Origin: an uncultured Oscillospiraceae bacterium
GTDB taxonomy: Bacteria > Bacillota > Clostridia > Oscillospirales > Ruminococcaceae
Length of the DNA: 47,985 nt
NCBI GenBank assembly: GCA_900552845.1
Contig: USBC01000001.1
Span: 1 to 47,985 of the forward strand
Reading direction: 5' to 3'
The notes below the pieces were generated by a model, which saw only the letters and a list, made by a program, of their open reading frames with translations, was not told the origin of the DNA and made no database searches. This document shows, piece by piece, positions 1 to 8,190 of the stretch. Positions within the stretch are counted from its first letter, which is position 1; the number at the start of each line of letters is the position of its first letter. Position numbers and translations under genes: made by a program.

Positions 1-59
1 TTGCCACCGCTTTAATTGTAGACTCCGTAAATGTAATTGTAGAATCGGGCAAATTTCCG

Positions 60-164
60 CTAATATCGTGTCGGTGGGGGGGGGGGGGCGGGCTTGTCGC
101 CGCAGCCAGCCAGCAGACTGACCATCATAACGACTGCCAAGATGATAGCGAGTGTTTTTTTCAT
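60..164 (-). pseudogene. Lipoprotein N-terminus (signal peptide II) ending just after a 13-nt poly-C tract; frameshifted, phase-variable or a sequencing error
   Basis: RBS AAGGAGG at 174-180, ATG at 164. Translation MKKTLAIILAVVMMVSLLAGCGDKPAPPPPPTRY* has a lipobox LAGC. TAG at 62-60. Too short for the ORF track. Confidence 0.65.
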
Positions 165-775
165 TACAGTTTTCCTCCTTAAAAATTAGGTCAACTGAAG
201 GCGAAGTGTTCGCCTCCTTTTACGCTATCATTGTAACGAATTGAAAATGGAAAAACGATAGAAAAAACTTCGCTGATATATAAAAAAACTATTTCTCATT
301 CGATATAGTTGGATATTTTGATATAAAAAAGAGGGTTTGCTTTATAATGAAGGTAGCCCCTGACTGCACATTACCTGCTGCAGCCAAGGGCTACCCTTCA
401 TTCTTGATATCTAACATCTTTGTTTACCTCTCTTTCTACAGAATTATGGCACCACACGCTTTACCGGCTTCTTCGCCCGTACTATATGTAAACACCGCAG
501 TGCGATGGTTCTGCCGTTTATGACGGCGCTCATTAGGCGGTCACAGTTTTCGGGTGCCATCTTCCCCATGCTCCGACGGCTGGGGGTGTCTTTTCAGACC
601 AATTTGTCTTCTCCTCTCTTTCCAATTAAATAATAACAAAACCACATCAAAAAATCTACTGATAATATCCATGAAATTCTGTCCATAAATCTATGCGACT
701 CACCAAAAGTAGTCGTATTTTGTTTGATATATCCATAAAAGTCTAAATAAATCATGAATTCTTTGTTAACCTTAC

Positions 776-804
776 TTGCAATCAGCAGGATCTCATGATA
801 CATT
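776..804 (+). promoter_or_regulatory. Putative sigma-A promoter for the epimerase gene
   Basis: TTGCAA-17 bp-TACATT with an extended -10 TG. Confidence 0.4.
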
Positions 805-856
805 GAAGGTGGAAAAAGCACCTAGCTTTTCGAGCGCTTTCGGAAGGAGGATCTAT

Positions 857-1861
857 ATGTATAACCAATATTTAGTGACCGGCGGGACAGGGTTCCTCGG
901 AAGATCCATTTTACAAAAACTGAGCCATAGCGGTGCAAAGGTACGCACCTTCGTACTGCCTGATGACCCCTATGCGGCGATGATTCCCCCAGATGTTCAG
1001 TCTGTTACCGGTGATCTTTTGGACGACGCTTCGCTGGACCGCTTTTTTGAGGGTGCAGGGGCTGGAACCTGCGTGATTCATTGTGCCGGTATCATTTCCA
1101 TTGCCTCCCACCCCGCGCCGATCCTGCAACGGGTCAATGTGGACGGGACAAAGCGCGTTCTTGACCATTGCAGGACTCATGGCGTGGATAAGCTCATTTA
1201 TGTCAGTTCGGTTCATGCGCTGCCGGAAAAGCCGAAAGGTCAAACCATTACGGAAGACTGCCGTCTTTCTCCTGATTTGGTGGATGGCGGTTATGCCAAA
1301 ACCAAGGCCGTCGCTGCAAATCTGGTTTTTGATGCGGCAAGTCAGGGTCTGAATGCCTGCGTGGTGTACCCCTCCGGCATCATCGGTCCCGGCGACCTTC
1401 AAAGCGGCAGCTTTACCACTATGGCAAAGGACTATCTCTGCGGCAAGCTGCCCCTTGCCGTTCGCGGTGGATACGATTTTGTGGACGTAAGGGACGTCGC
1501 CGCCGGTATTCTTGCCTGCTCAGAGCGCGGTATTCCCGGAGAGGGGTATATTCTTTCCGGGCACTATACCACTATAAAAGGCATGCTGGAGATGGTCGGA
1601 CGCGCGGCAGGTCTGCATCATCGGTCCATCTATCTGCCCTTGGCGATAGCCAAGTTGGCGGCACCGTTCTATGAAAAGAAAACCATTCGAGAGAAAAAGC
1701 CACTATTTTTCACCCCATATTCCATCAGCGTGCTCGGCTCCAACGGGCAGTTTAGCTGCCGGAAAGCATCAAAACAGTTTTCTTACCAAGCGCGCCCCAT
1801 CGAGGAGACCCTGCGAGACATGACTGAATGGCTGCTGCATAACAGCGCATCTTCAAGGTAA
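857..1861 (+). CDS. NAD-dependent epimerase/dehydratase (extended SDR, dihydroflavonol reductase-like)
   Basis: TGGTGFLG Rossmann motif, HCAG, SSVHA and YAKTK (YxxxK). RBS AAGGAGG before ATG 857. Confidence 0.9.
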   Translation: MYNQYLVTGGTGFLGRSILQKLSHSGAKVRTFVLPDDPYAAMIPPDVQSVTGDLLDDASLDRFFEGAGAGTCVIHCAGIISIASHPAPILQRVNVDGTKRVLDHCRTHGVDKLIYVSSVHALPEKPKGQTITEDCRLSPDLVDGGYAKTKAVAANLVFDAASQGLNACVVYPSGIIGPGDLQSGSFTTMAKDYLCGKLPLAVRGGYDFVDVRDVAAGILACSERGIPGEGYILSGHYTTIKGMLEMVGRAAGLHHRSIYLPLAIAKLAAPFYEKKTIREKKPLFFTPYSISVLGSNGQFSCRKASKQFSYQARPIEETLRDMTEWLLHNSASSR

Positions 1862-2063
1862 TTATTTCCATTTGCACTGGGCGTAAGCGGTTCTGAATAC
1901 AGTAATCCGCGTAGCTTCACCTGCTGTTGCACTGCCGGATTGCCAATCACTCCAGCTTCCCCAATCTCCCAACCGCCAATAAGTAGTACAGAGTGCAGGA
2001 AGCTTCACGATATCAAAACAGACGCTGCTCTAAAAAAGCTGCGCCCGAGTGCCGGTTATAGAG

Positions 2064-2108
2064 CAAAAAAATAAAACCGACAATACTTTTGAGGAGTACT
2101 GTCGGTTT

Positions 2109-2109
<1 letters not shown>
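2064..2109 (-). terminator. Intrinsic terminator after the tRNA operon
   Basis: Stem AAAACCGACA...TGTCGGTTTT followed by a T-tract on the minus strand. Confidence 0.7.
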
Positions 2110-2183
<74 letters not shown>

Positions 2184-2190
2184 AAAAAAA

Positions 2191-2266
2191 TGGAGCGGGT
2201 TACGAGGCTCGAACTCGCTACCTCCACCTTGGCAAGGTGGCGCTCTACCAGATGAGCTAAACCCGC
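2191..2266 (-). tRNA. tRNA-Gly(GCC)
   Basis: GCGGGTTTAGCTCATCTGGTAGAGC...TTGCCAA...GTTCGAG...TCCA. Confidence 0.97.
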
Positions 2267-2274
2267 ATATTTTA

Positions 2275-2351
2275 TGGCGACCCGGATGGGGCTCGAACCC
2301 ACGACCTCTAGCGTGACAGGCTAGCGTTCTAACCAGCTGAACTACCGGGCC
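2275..2351 (-). tRNA. tRNA-Asp(GTC)
   Basis: GGCCCGGTAGTTCAGCTGGTTAGAAC...CTGTCAC...GGTTCGAG...GCCA. Confidence 0.97.
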
Positions 2352-2402
2352 ATGTTGTTGTGCCGCCGGTTAATCTGCCGTATCGTATCGGCAACATTAG
2401 TA

Positions 2403-2431
2403 ATTATACGGGAAAGTCGCGTTCTTGTCAA
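2403..2431 (-). promoter_or_regulatory. Consensus sigma-A promoter of the tRNA-Asp-Gly-Cys operon
   Basis: Perfect TTGACA-17 bp-TATAAT. Confidence 0.9.
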
Positions 2432-2470
2432 TCCCCTTTTTCCTCTTTTCCGTAACTTTACTCAAGTTTT

Positions 2471-3220
2471 TTACCGGCGGCGCGCCACATATACCATTCG
2501 CTGTGTCTTGGGAGTAACCGGCTGTCGGTCATAGCCTCCCCAGCGCTCCAGTATCTCAAAATGCTCCGCTTCCAGCATGGCAGTCAGTTCATTATCCTCC
2601 CATGCATATTCACAAAACTGCTCCCCATCGCGGGTGTACTGCTCTCCCGTCTCATGCTGAAAGAAATCGATCTGTATTTCCACCTTATGCCCTTCTGAGC
2701 TGTATTCATTCTGCCATATGCAAAATAAAGCCTCGCTTTCGCGCACGAAGCAATTATTCCCCAGCACCTCACGGTGCTTATAAGGAGTATTTACATCAAA
2801 GAGAAATAGCCCTCCCGGCTCTACAAAGAATTGCAGCCGGTGCAATGCCTTTTGCAGCGCCCTGCTTCCGGAAAGATGGTTGAGACTATCCAAGGTACAG
2901 ACGGCAAGATCCACTGTACCATACAGGTCAAGCTGCTCCAACGGCTGACACAGGTACAGAACCGGCTGAGAAAGCGCTAAATTCTTCTCTGAAGCCTGCA
3001 TCAGCATTTCCGGCGATGCATCTACACCGATGACCTCAAAGCCTCTCTGCGCCAATTCTGTGGCAAGGATACCGGTACCGCAGCAGAGATCCAGTACCAG
3101 TTCCCGCTTGGGGTGGTACTTTGCCAACAGTTCCTCGCAGCGGTCAGCAATCTTTGCGCGATCTACATCGTCGGTCAAGGCATCATAAAAAGCGGAGAAG
3201 GTCTCCTTATAGCTTGCCAT
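2471..3220 (-). CDS. Class I SAM-dependent methyltransferase
   Basis: VLDLCCGTG motif I, GVDASPEML, LFLFDVNT. Start chosen at MASYKETF, overlapping the upstream gene's end. Confidence 0.88.
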   Translation of the reverse strand: MASYKETFSAFYDALTDDVDRAKIADRCEELLAKYHPKRELVLDLCCGTGILATELAQRGFEVIGVDASPEMLMQASEKNLALSQPVLYLCQPLEQLDLYGTVDLAVCTLDSLNHLSGSRALQKALHRLQFFVEPGGLFLFDVNTPYKHREVLGNNCFVRESEALFCIWQNEYSSEGHKVEIQIDFFQHETGEQYTRDGEQFCEYAWEDNELTAMLEAEHFEILERWGGYDRQPVTPKTQRMVYVARRR

Positions 3221-3503
3221 CTGCCTGCTCCAGTCGTCCAAAAATGATATCGTAGCCATTGTCGACATATTTCATCGAACGATTGACTCGGCTGATGGTG
3301 GCGGTGCTGGCGCCGGTCTTTTCTACAATTTTGCTGTAAACGTTCTGCTCCTTGAGGAGCTTTGCAACCTCCAGCCGCTGTGCAATGGCTTTCAGTTCCG
3401 GGCCGGTACACAGGTCGTCAAAAAAGCGTTCGCACTCCTCCTCCGTCTGCAGCATTAGGATCGCGCGGTAAAGGAATATCAAATTGCTGTCAGGTTTTTT
3501 CAT
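3207..3503 (-). CDS. YerC/YecD family TrpR-like HTH protein
   Basis: EECERFFDDLCTGPELKAIAQRLEVAKLL...TGASTATISRVNRS signature. Start could be slightly further upstream. Confidence 0.9.
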   Translation of the reverse strand: MKKPDSNLIFLYRAILMLQTEEECERFFDDLCTGPELKAIAQRLEVAKLLKEQNVYSKIVEKTGASTATISRVNRSMKYVDNGYDIIFGRLEQADGKL

Positions 3504-3595
3504 TTTCCCCTTAAAGCCTCCCTTGTTTTTGATACGCATGTCGGTAATTCTAATATAACACTTTAGAGCATGAAAGTAAACCATAAAAGCAACTT

Positions 3596-3624
3596 TTGCA
3601 TTCTTCTTCCGCTTGTGCTATAAT
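3596..3624 (+). promoter_or_regulatory. Putative sigma-A promoter for the thioesterase
   Basis: TTGCAT-17 bp-TATAAT with extended TG. Confidence 0.6.
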
Positions 3625-3660
3625 GTAATACAGCTTTCACTGCGGAAAGGAACCCACGCC

Positions 3661-4125
3661 ATGGATCTGAATCGCCACACCCCCCAAGAGATGGAAGAAG
3701 CAATACGTCGAAGCATCGAACTGATCGGAGAAAAAGAATGCGGCAGTTTTGATGCTATGCTGGCACCTCGCCTGATTGCGGTAAACCATGAGGGAAAGAG
3801 CTGCACCCTTTCCTACCATATCGCCGACTGGATGAGCAATCCCATCGGCATTGCTCACGGCGGGGTGCTGTGCGCTATTGCAGATCTTTCGATGGGCACG
3901 CTGAGCAAATACTATGCCAAGGCAGCCACCTTTACCCCAACTATCTCCATTCACCTCAATTATCTGCGCCCCGTGCCTTTGGACGGAGAGATTATTGTCG
4001 TTTCATCGATCGACTTTTCCGGTCGCCGATTAAACCAGCTGCACTGCACCATCTACCATGCAGCCAGACCGGATAAGCCCTGCGTCACTGCCACTGCCGC
4101 TTATTTCGTTCCGGACGAATCATAA
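3661..4125 (+). CDS. PaaI family hotdog-fold thioesterase
   Basis: NPIGIAHGGVLCAIAD and LNYLRP motifs. Confidence 0.88.
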   Translation: MDLNRHTPQEMEEAIRRSIELIGEKECGSFDAMLAPRLIAVNHEGKSCTLSYHIADWMSNPIGIAHGGVLCAIADLSMGTLSKYYAKAATFTPTISIHLNYLRPVPLDGEIIVVSSIDFSGRRLNQLHCTIYHAARPDKPCVTATAAYFVPDES

Positions 4126-4143
4126 GTCCCCTTTAATACCCGG

Positions 4144-4188
4144 CAAAAAACCGCCTGCCTCCCTATGATGGGAAAACAGGCGGTTTTG
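4144..4188. terminator. Bidirectional terminator between the thioesterase and rnfB
   Basis: AAAAAACCGCCTG...CAGGCGGTTTT between convergent genes. Confidence 0.75.
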
Positions 4189-4198
4189 TCATACATAA

Positions 4199-4975
4199 TC
4201 AGCCAATGGAAATGACTTTGACGGGGCACTTCTCGGCGCAAGCGCCGCAGTTGGTGCACTTTTCGGGGTCAATGGCAGCAAGAAAATCGGAAACAGTGAT
4301 TGCTCCGGTCGGGCAGACCTTGGTGCACATCATGCAGCCGATACAGCCGGCAGAGCAAACCTTGCGGACAACCGCGCCCTTATCGCGGCTGGAGCAACGC
4401 ACCGCCACATGATTCTTCACGGGAACCATACCGATAAGCAAATGCGGACACGCCTTGGCGCAGGCGCCGCAGCCGGTACATAGTTCCTCGTCTACATGAG
4501 CAACGCCATCTACGATGGAAAGGGCACCGAACTTGCAGACTTTAACACAGTCGCCGTAGCCCAGACAGCCATAGCCGCATGCTTTTTTACCACGGTGCAG
4601 CGAAGCACAGGCGGCACAGGTGGCAGGGCCCTGATAGTCCTCGATCTCTGCGCACTTTTCGCAGGTACCGCTGCAGCGAACCAAAGCCTTGACCGGCTCG
4701 GCATTCTCTGCCTCCACTCCCAGATACTCGCTGATCTGTCCCGCAACGGAAGCACCGCCGGGGGTACAAAGGTTGGGCTTGGCTGCGCCGCTTGCTACGG
4801 CTTTGGCATAGTCATCACAGCCGGCATAGCCGCAGGCACCGCAGTTGGCGCCGGGCAGGAAGCCGCGGATATCCTCTACACGGGTATCGGTAGGAACGGA
4901 GAGGAAACGGGAAGCCACCACCAGCAGAATGGAACAAGCCAAACCGATAGCGCTGACAATAATAACACCAGTCAT
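4199..4975 (-). CDS. rnfB: Rnf complex subunit B (polyferredoxin)
   Basis: N-terminal TM helix, LPGANCGACGYAGC, several CxxCxxCxxxCP motifs. Confidence 0.95.
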   Translation of the reverse strand: MTGVIIVSAIGLACSILLVVASRFLSVPTDTRVEDIRGFLPGANCGACGYAGCDDYAKAVASGAAKPNLCTPGGASVAGQISEYLGVEAENAEPVKALVRCSGTCEKCAEIEDYQGPATCAACASLHRGKKACGYGCLGYGDCVKVCKFGALSIVDGVAHVDEELCTGCGACAKACPHLLIGMVPVKNHVAVRCSSRDKGAVVRKVCSAGCIGCMMCTKVCPTGAITVSDFLAAIDPEKCTNCGACAEKCPVKVISIG

Positions 4976-4990
4976 TGTACTCTCCCCTCC

Positions 4991-5581
4991 TTATTTCAGC
5001 AGACCGTCTACCACACCACCGAAGCCCATGAAAGACATGGAAACGATGAAGGCAGCGATCAAAGTAATAGGCAGACCCTTGAACGATTCGGGAATGTCCA
5101 TATTCTCCATACGGCCACGAACGCCTGCAAACAGCACCATTGCCAACAGGAAGCCGAGACCGGCGCCCAGTGCATTAACCATGGACTGACCGAAGCCGTA
5201 CTTTTCATCAATATTCAGTACCGCTACACCCAGTACGGCGCAGTTGGTGGTGATGAGGGGCAGGTAGATGCCGAGGGATTCATACAGCGGAGGAACGAAC
5301 TTCTTGAGGATCATTTCCACCAGTTGCACCAGTGCGGCAATGACCAGAATGAAAATGATGGTCTGCATATAGCCCAAATCGTATTGATCCAGCAGATAGG
5401 TCTGAATGGGCCATGTGGCAGCAGTTGCCAGCACCATGACGAAAGTCACAGCAAGGCTCATACCCACGGCAGAATCCAGCTTTTTGGAAACACCGAGGAA
5501 CGGGCAGATGCCCAAGGATTTGGAGAGGACGAAGTTCTGCGTCAAAATAGCGGAAAGCAAAATAACGATCATTTCTTTCAT
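4991..5581 (-). CDS. rnfA: Rnf complex subunit A
   Basis: NFVLSKSLGICPFLGVS and LGIYLPLITTNCAVLG. Confidence 0.95.
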   Translation of the reverse strand: MKEMIVILLSAILTQNFVLSKSLGICPFLGVSKKLDSAVGMSLAVTFVMVLATAATWPIQTYLLDQYDLGYMQTIIFILVIAALVQLVEMILKKFVPPLYESLGIYLPLITTNCAVLGVAVLNIDEKYGFGQSMVNALGAGLGFLLAMVLFAGVRGRMENMDIPESFKGLPITLIAAFIVSMSFMGFGGVVDGLLK

Positions 5582-6267
5582 GCTTCACAGCCTCCTTCCT
5601 TCTTTTCAGCCGAGGAACAGCCGCTGCAGCCGCCGGCGCAGGCGCCGCAGGCAGCACAATCCAGCTTCTTCTTGGGCTTATGCTTGGCGAACTTGTTCAT
5701 CACGGCGATGAGAACACCATAGATGAGGAAGCCGCCGGGGGTCAGCTTCATGATTGCAATGGGATCGAACAGGTTAGCGGTCAAGGTAATGCCGCACCAG
5801 GTACCGCTGCCCAGAATCTCACGAATAGTCGCCATGCAGAACAGGGCGAGGGTAAAACCGAGTCCCATGCCGAGACCGTCAAGAGCGGAATCGAGGACAT
5901 TATTCTTGCTGGCAAACATCTCCGCACGCCCCAAGATGATGCAGTTTACAACAATCAGCGGCAGAAAGATGCCGAGGCTTTGATAAAGGCTTTGCGCATA
6001 TGCCTGCAGCAAAAGCTGCACCACCGAAACAAAGCCGGCAATGACGACGATGAAGCAGGGAATGCGCACCTTATTGGGAATGATGTTGCGCAGGAGAGAG
6101 ATAACGATATTGGAGCCGAACAGTACAAAGGTGGCTGCCATTCCCATGCCCAGAGCATTGAGAACCGAGGTGGAGGTAGCGATGGCAGGGCAGGTACCCA
6201 GCACCAGAACCAGTACGGGGTTCTCTTTGATAATACCGTTGGTAAAGGTTTTCAGCTTATTACTCAT
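5578..6267 (-). CDS. rnfE: Rnf complex subunit E, with a Cys-rich C-terminal tail
   Basis: ENPVLVLVLGTCP and LGIFLPLIVVNCIILGRAE. ATG at 6267. Confidence 0.95.
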   Translation of the reverse strand: MSNKLKTFTNGIIKENPVLVLVLGTCPAIATSTSVLNALGMGMAATFVLFGSNIVISLLRNIIPNKVRIPCFIVVIAGFVSVVQLLLQAYAQSLYQSLGIFLPLIVVNCIILGRAEMFASKNNVLDSALDGLGMGLGFTLALFCMATIREILGSGTWCGITLTANLFDPIAIMKLTPGGFLIYGVLIAVMNKFAKHKPKKKLDCAACGACAGGCSGCSSAEKKEGGCEA

Positions 6268-6275
6268 TTGGTTCC

Positions 6276-7223
6276 TCACGCTCCTTTCACAGTTTCATAG
6301 GCGGCAAACGCCAGCTTAACCGCTTCCTTATAGCCATTGGAGGTATAGGTCGCCTTGGTGACCATCGGCAGGTCGCTGTCGGGGGTCTCTGCCGTTACGC
6401 CGATCCACTTCTTGCTGTAGGAGCTCTTGGAGAGCTTGGCACCGTCGATGCCCTCATATTCATTGGGAGTCTCGGTGTGCTGATACAGCTTGGAGGCAAT
6501 GATGGCGCCGTTATTATCAATGGCAACGAGAATATGCAGCTCCCCGCTGAAGCCGGAGGCATGAACATTGAACGCATAGCCCAGCTCGGACTGATAGGCG
6601 CTGTCGGTGCCTTCGGGTGCTGTCTCCAGTTCGGTGTAGCCCTCGCCCAGCATTTCGGCGATAAGCTCGGCTTCAGGATAGACCTTTTCTTCGGTGGGAG
6701 CTTCGATCTCGATGCCCGCCAGCTCGCCGTAGGCAACAAACGCATTACCGACTGCGGCATTAAAGCCCTTGGAGGAGAAGGTGGCGCCGGAGAGGAATTC
6801 AATGCCCTCCAGTGTGAAGTCTTTCCCAACATACTGCTCCTGGAAGTTCGGCTCGGTTTCGATGCGGTCGCCGATGCCGGGAGTCTCGCCGTGCTCCATC
6901 ACCTGTGTACCGGTGACGGTACCGTCGGCGGAGATTCCGACCATAACCGAAATCATACCGGCAAAGCCCTTGCCCTGGCTTTGGAATACATAGCCTGCAC
7001 CATTACCGGCTTTATAGGCTTTAGTGACATTTTCGGCAGTGACGGTCACTTCCTCAAAGTCCGTACCATCCGGCAGAACAGCAAGGAGAGCCTCATTGGC
7101 CTGTGCTGCCTTGGCAGCATCAATCACGGGCTTGGTGAGATTATAGGTACCTGTCAGCGCCGCAGAAACGACCAGGCAGATGGCGGTGAGAACAACGATG
7201 GGTTTCAGCTTTTCCCATTTCAT
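6276..7223 (-). CDS. rnfG: Rnf complex subunit G with two tandem FMN-binding domains
   Basis: N-terminal TM anchor. Domain 1: KGFAG...HGETPGIG...SGATFSS. Domain 2: SGFSG...HTETP...TKATYTS. Lies between rnfD and rnfE. Confidence 0.9.
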   Translation of the reverse strand: MKWEKLKPIVVLTAICLVVSAALTGTYNLTKPVIDAAKAAQANEALLAVLPDGTDFEEVTVTAENVTKAYKAGNGAGYVFQSQGKGFAGMISVMVGISADGTVTGTQVMEHGETPGIGDRIETEPNFQEQYVGKDFTLEGIEFLSGATFSSKGFNAAVGNAFVAYGELAGIEIEAPTEEKVYPEAELIAEMLGEGYTELETAPEGTDSAYQSELGYAFNVHASGFSGELHILVAIDNNGAIIASKLYQHTETPNEYEGIDGAKLSKSSYSKKWIGVTAETPDSDLPMVTKATYTSNGYKEAVKLAFAAYETVKGA

Positions 7224-8173
7224 TTTTCGGCACCTCCCACTCCAAACGGTTTTTTGTGACCCAGCTTATCAATGTGGGGACAGATGATGTTCATCAGCAA
7301 AATGGCAAAGGAAACACCCTCCGGATAACCGCCGGAAGAATTTCGGATCAACATGGTGATGATGCCTGCACCGAGGGCGAAGATGACCTTACCGAGCTCG
7401 GTGGAGGGAGAGGTGGAATAGTCAGTAAGCATAAAAATGCCGCCCAGCAGCACACCGCCGGTGAGAATCATGTAAATGGGATCATAGCCCAGTACAACGC
7501 TCATCAGTGCAATAGTTGCTACATATACCACCGGAATGGTGGGGGTAATAACGCCACGCACCACCAGATAGATAAAACCGATAATCAGTGCGATGGCACA
7601 GGTCTCGCCCAGGCAGCCACCGCGGATACCAAACAGCAGGTTCTTGACTGCAGGCAATCCCTCCACAGCGCCCCCTTTGATGAGTGCCAACGGAGTTGCA
7701 CCGGAGACCGCATCAATGCCGTTGATGTAGGAATTAGCGGTCGGCCAGGTGGTCATCTGCCCTGCAAAGGCGATGAGCAGGAAAATACGGCCGGTAATGG
7801 CGGGATTGGCAAAATTGCAGCCGATGCCGCCGAACAGCTGCTTGACGATAACAATGGCGACAAAGCAGCCGACAATAGCCATCCAGATGGGGAACCCGGC
7901 AGGCAGGTTCATGGCCAGCAGCAGACCGGTCACGGCGGCGCTCAAATCCGAAATGGTATTGGTGCGCTTGGTGATGCGGCGGAACAGGTATTCAAACAGG
8001 ATAGACGCACCAACGCAGACAACCTCCAGCACGAGGGCACGGGTGCCGAATACCAGAACGGACGCCACCACGGCAGGCAGCAGCGCAATGAGAACATCAC
8101 CCATGACGGAGGTGGTGGAAACGCTGCTGCGGATATGCGGTCCCGCAGAGACCAACAGTTTACGATCAGTCAT
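7220..8173 (-). CDS. rnfD: Rnf complex subunit D
   Basis: SAGPHIRS, KQLFGGIGCNFANPA, DAVSGATPL (FMN-Thr), GYPEGVSFAILLMN. Confidence 0.95.
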   Translation of the reverse strand: MTDRKLLVSAGPHIRSSVSTTSVMGDVLIALLPAVVASVLVFGTRALVLEVVCVGASILFEYLFRRITKRTNTISDLSAAVTGLLLAMNLPAGFPIWMAIVGCFVAIVIVKQLFGGIGCNFANPAITGRIFLLIAFAGQMTTWPTANSYINGIDAVSGATPLALIKGGAVEGLPAVKNLLFGIRGGCLGETCAIALIIGFIYLVVRGVITPTIPVVYVATIALMSVVLGYDPIYMILTGGVLLGGIFMLTDYSTSPSTELGKVIFALGAGIITMLIRNSSGGYPEGVSFAILLMNIICPHIDKLGHKKPFGVGGAEK

Positions 8174-8190
8174 TTTATCTCCCCTCCTCC

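Noticed and set aside
594..821. 75-aa minus-strand ORF in AT-rich DNA
   Set aside because: No RBS or recognisable motif, and it overlaps the epimerase promoter. It may be a gene remnant but cannot be supported as a CDS.
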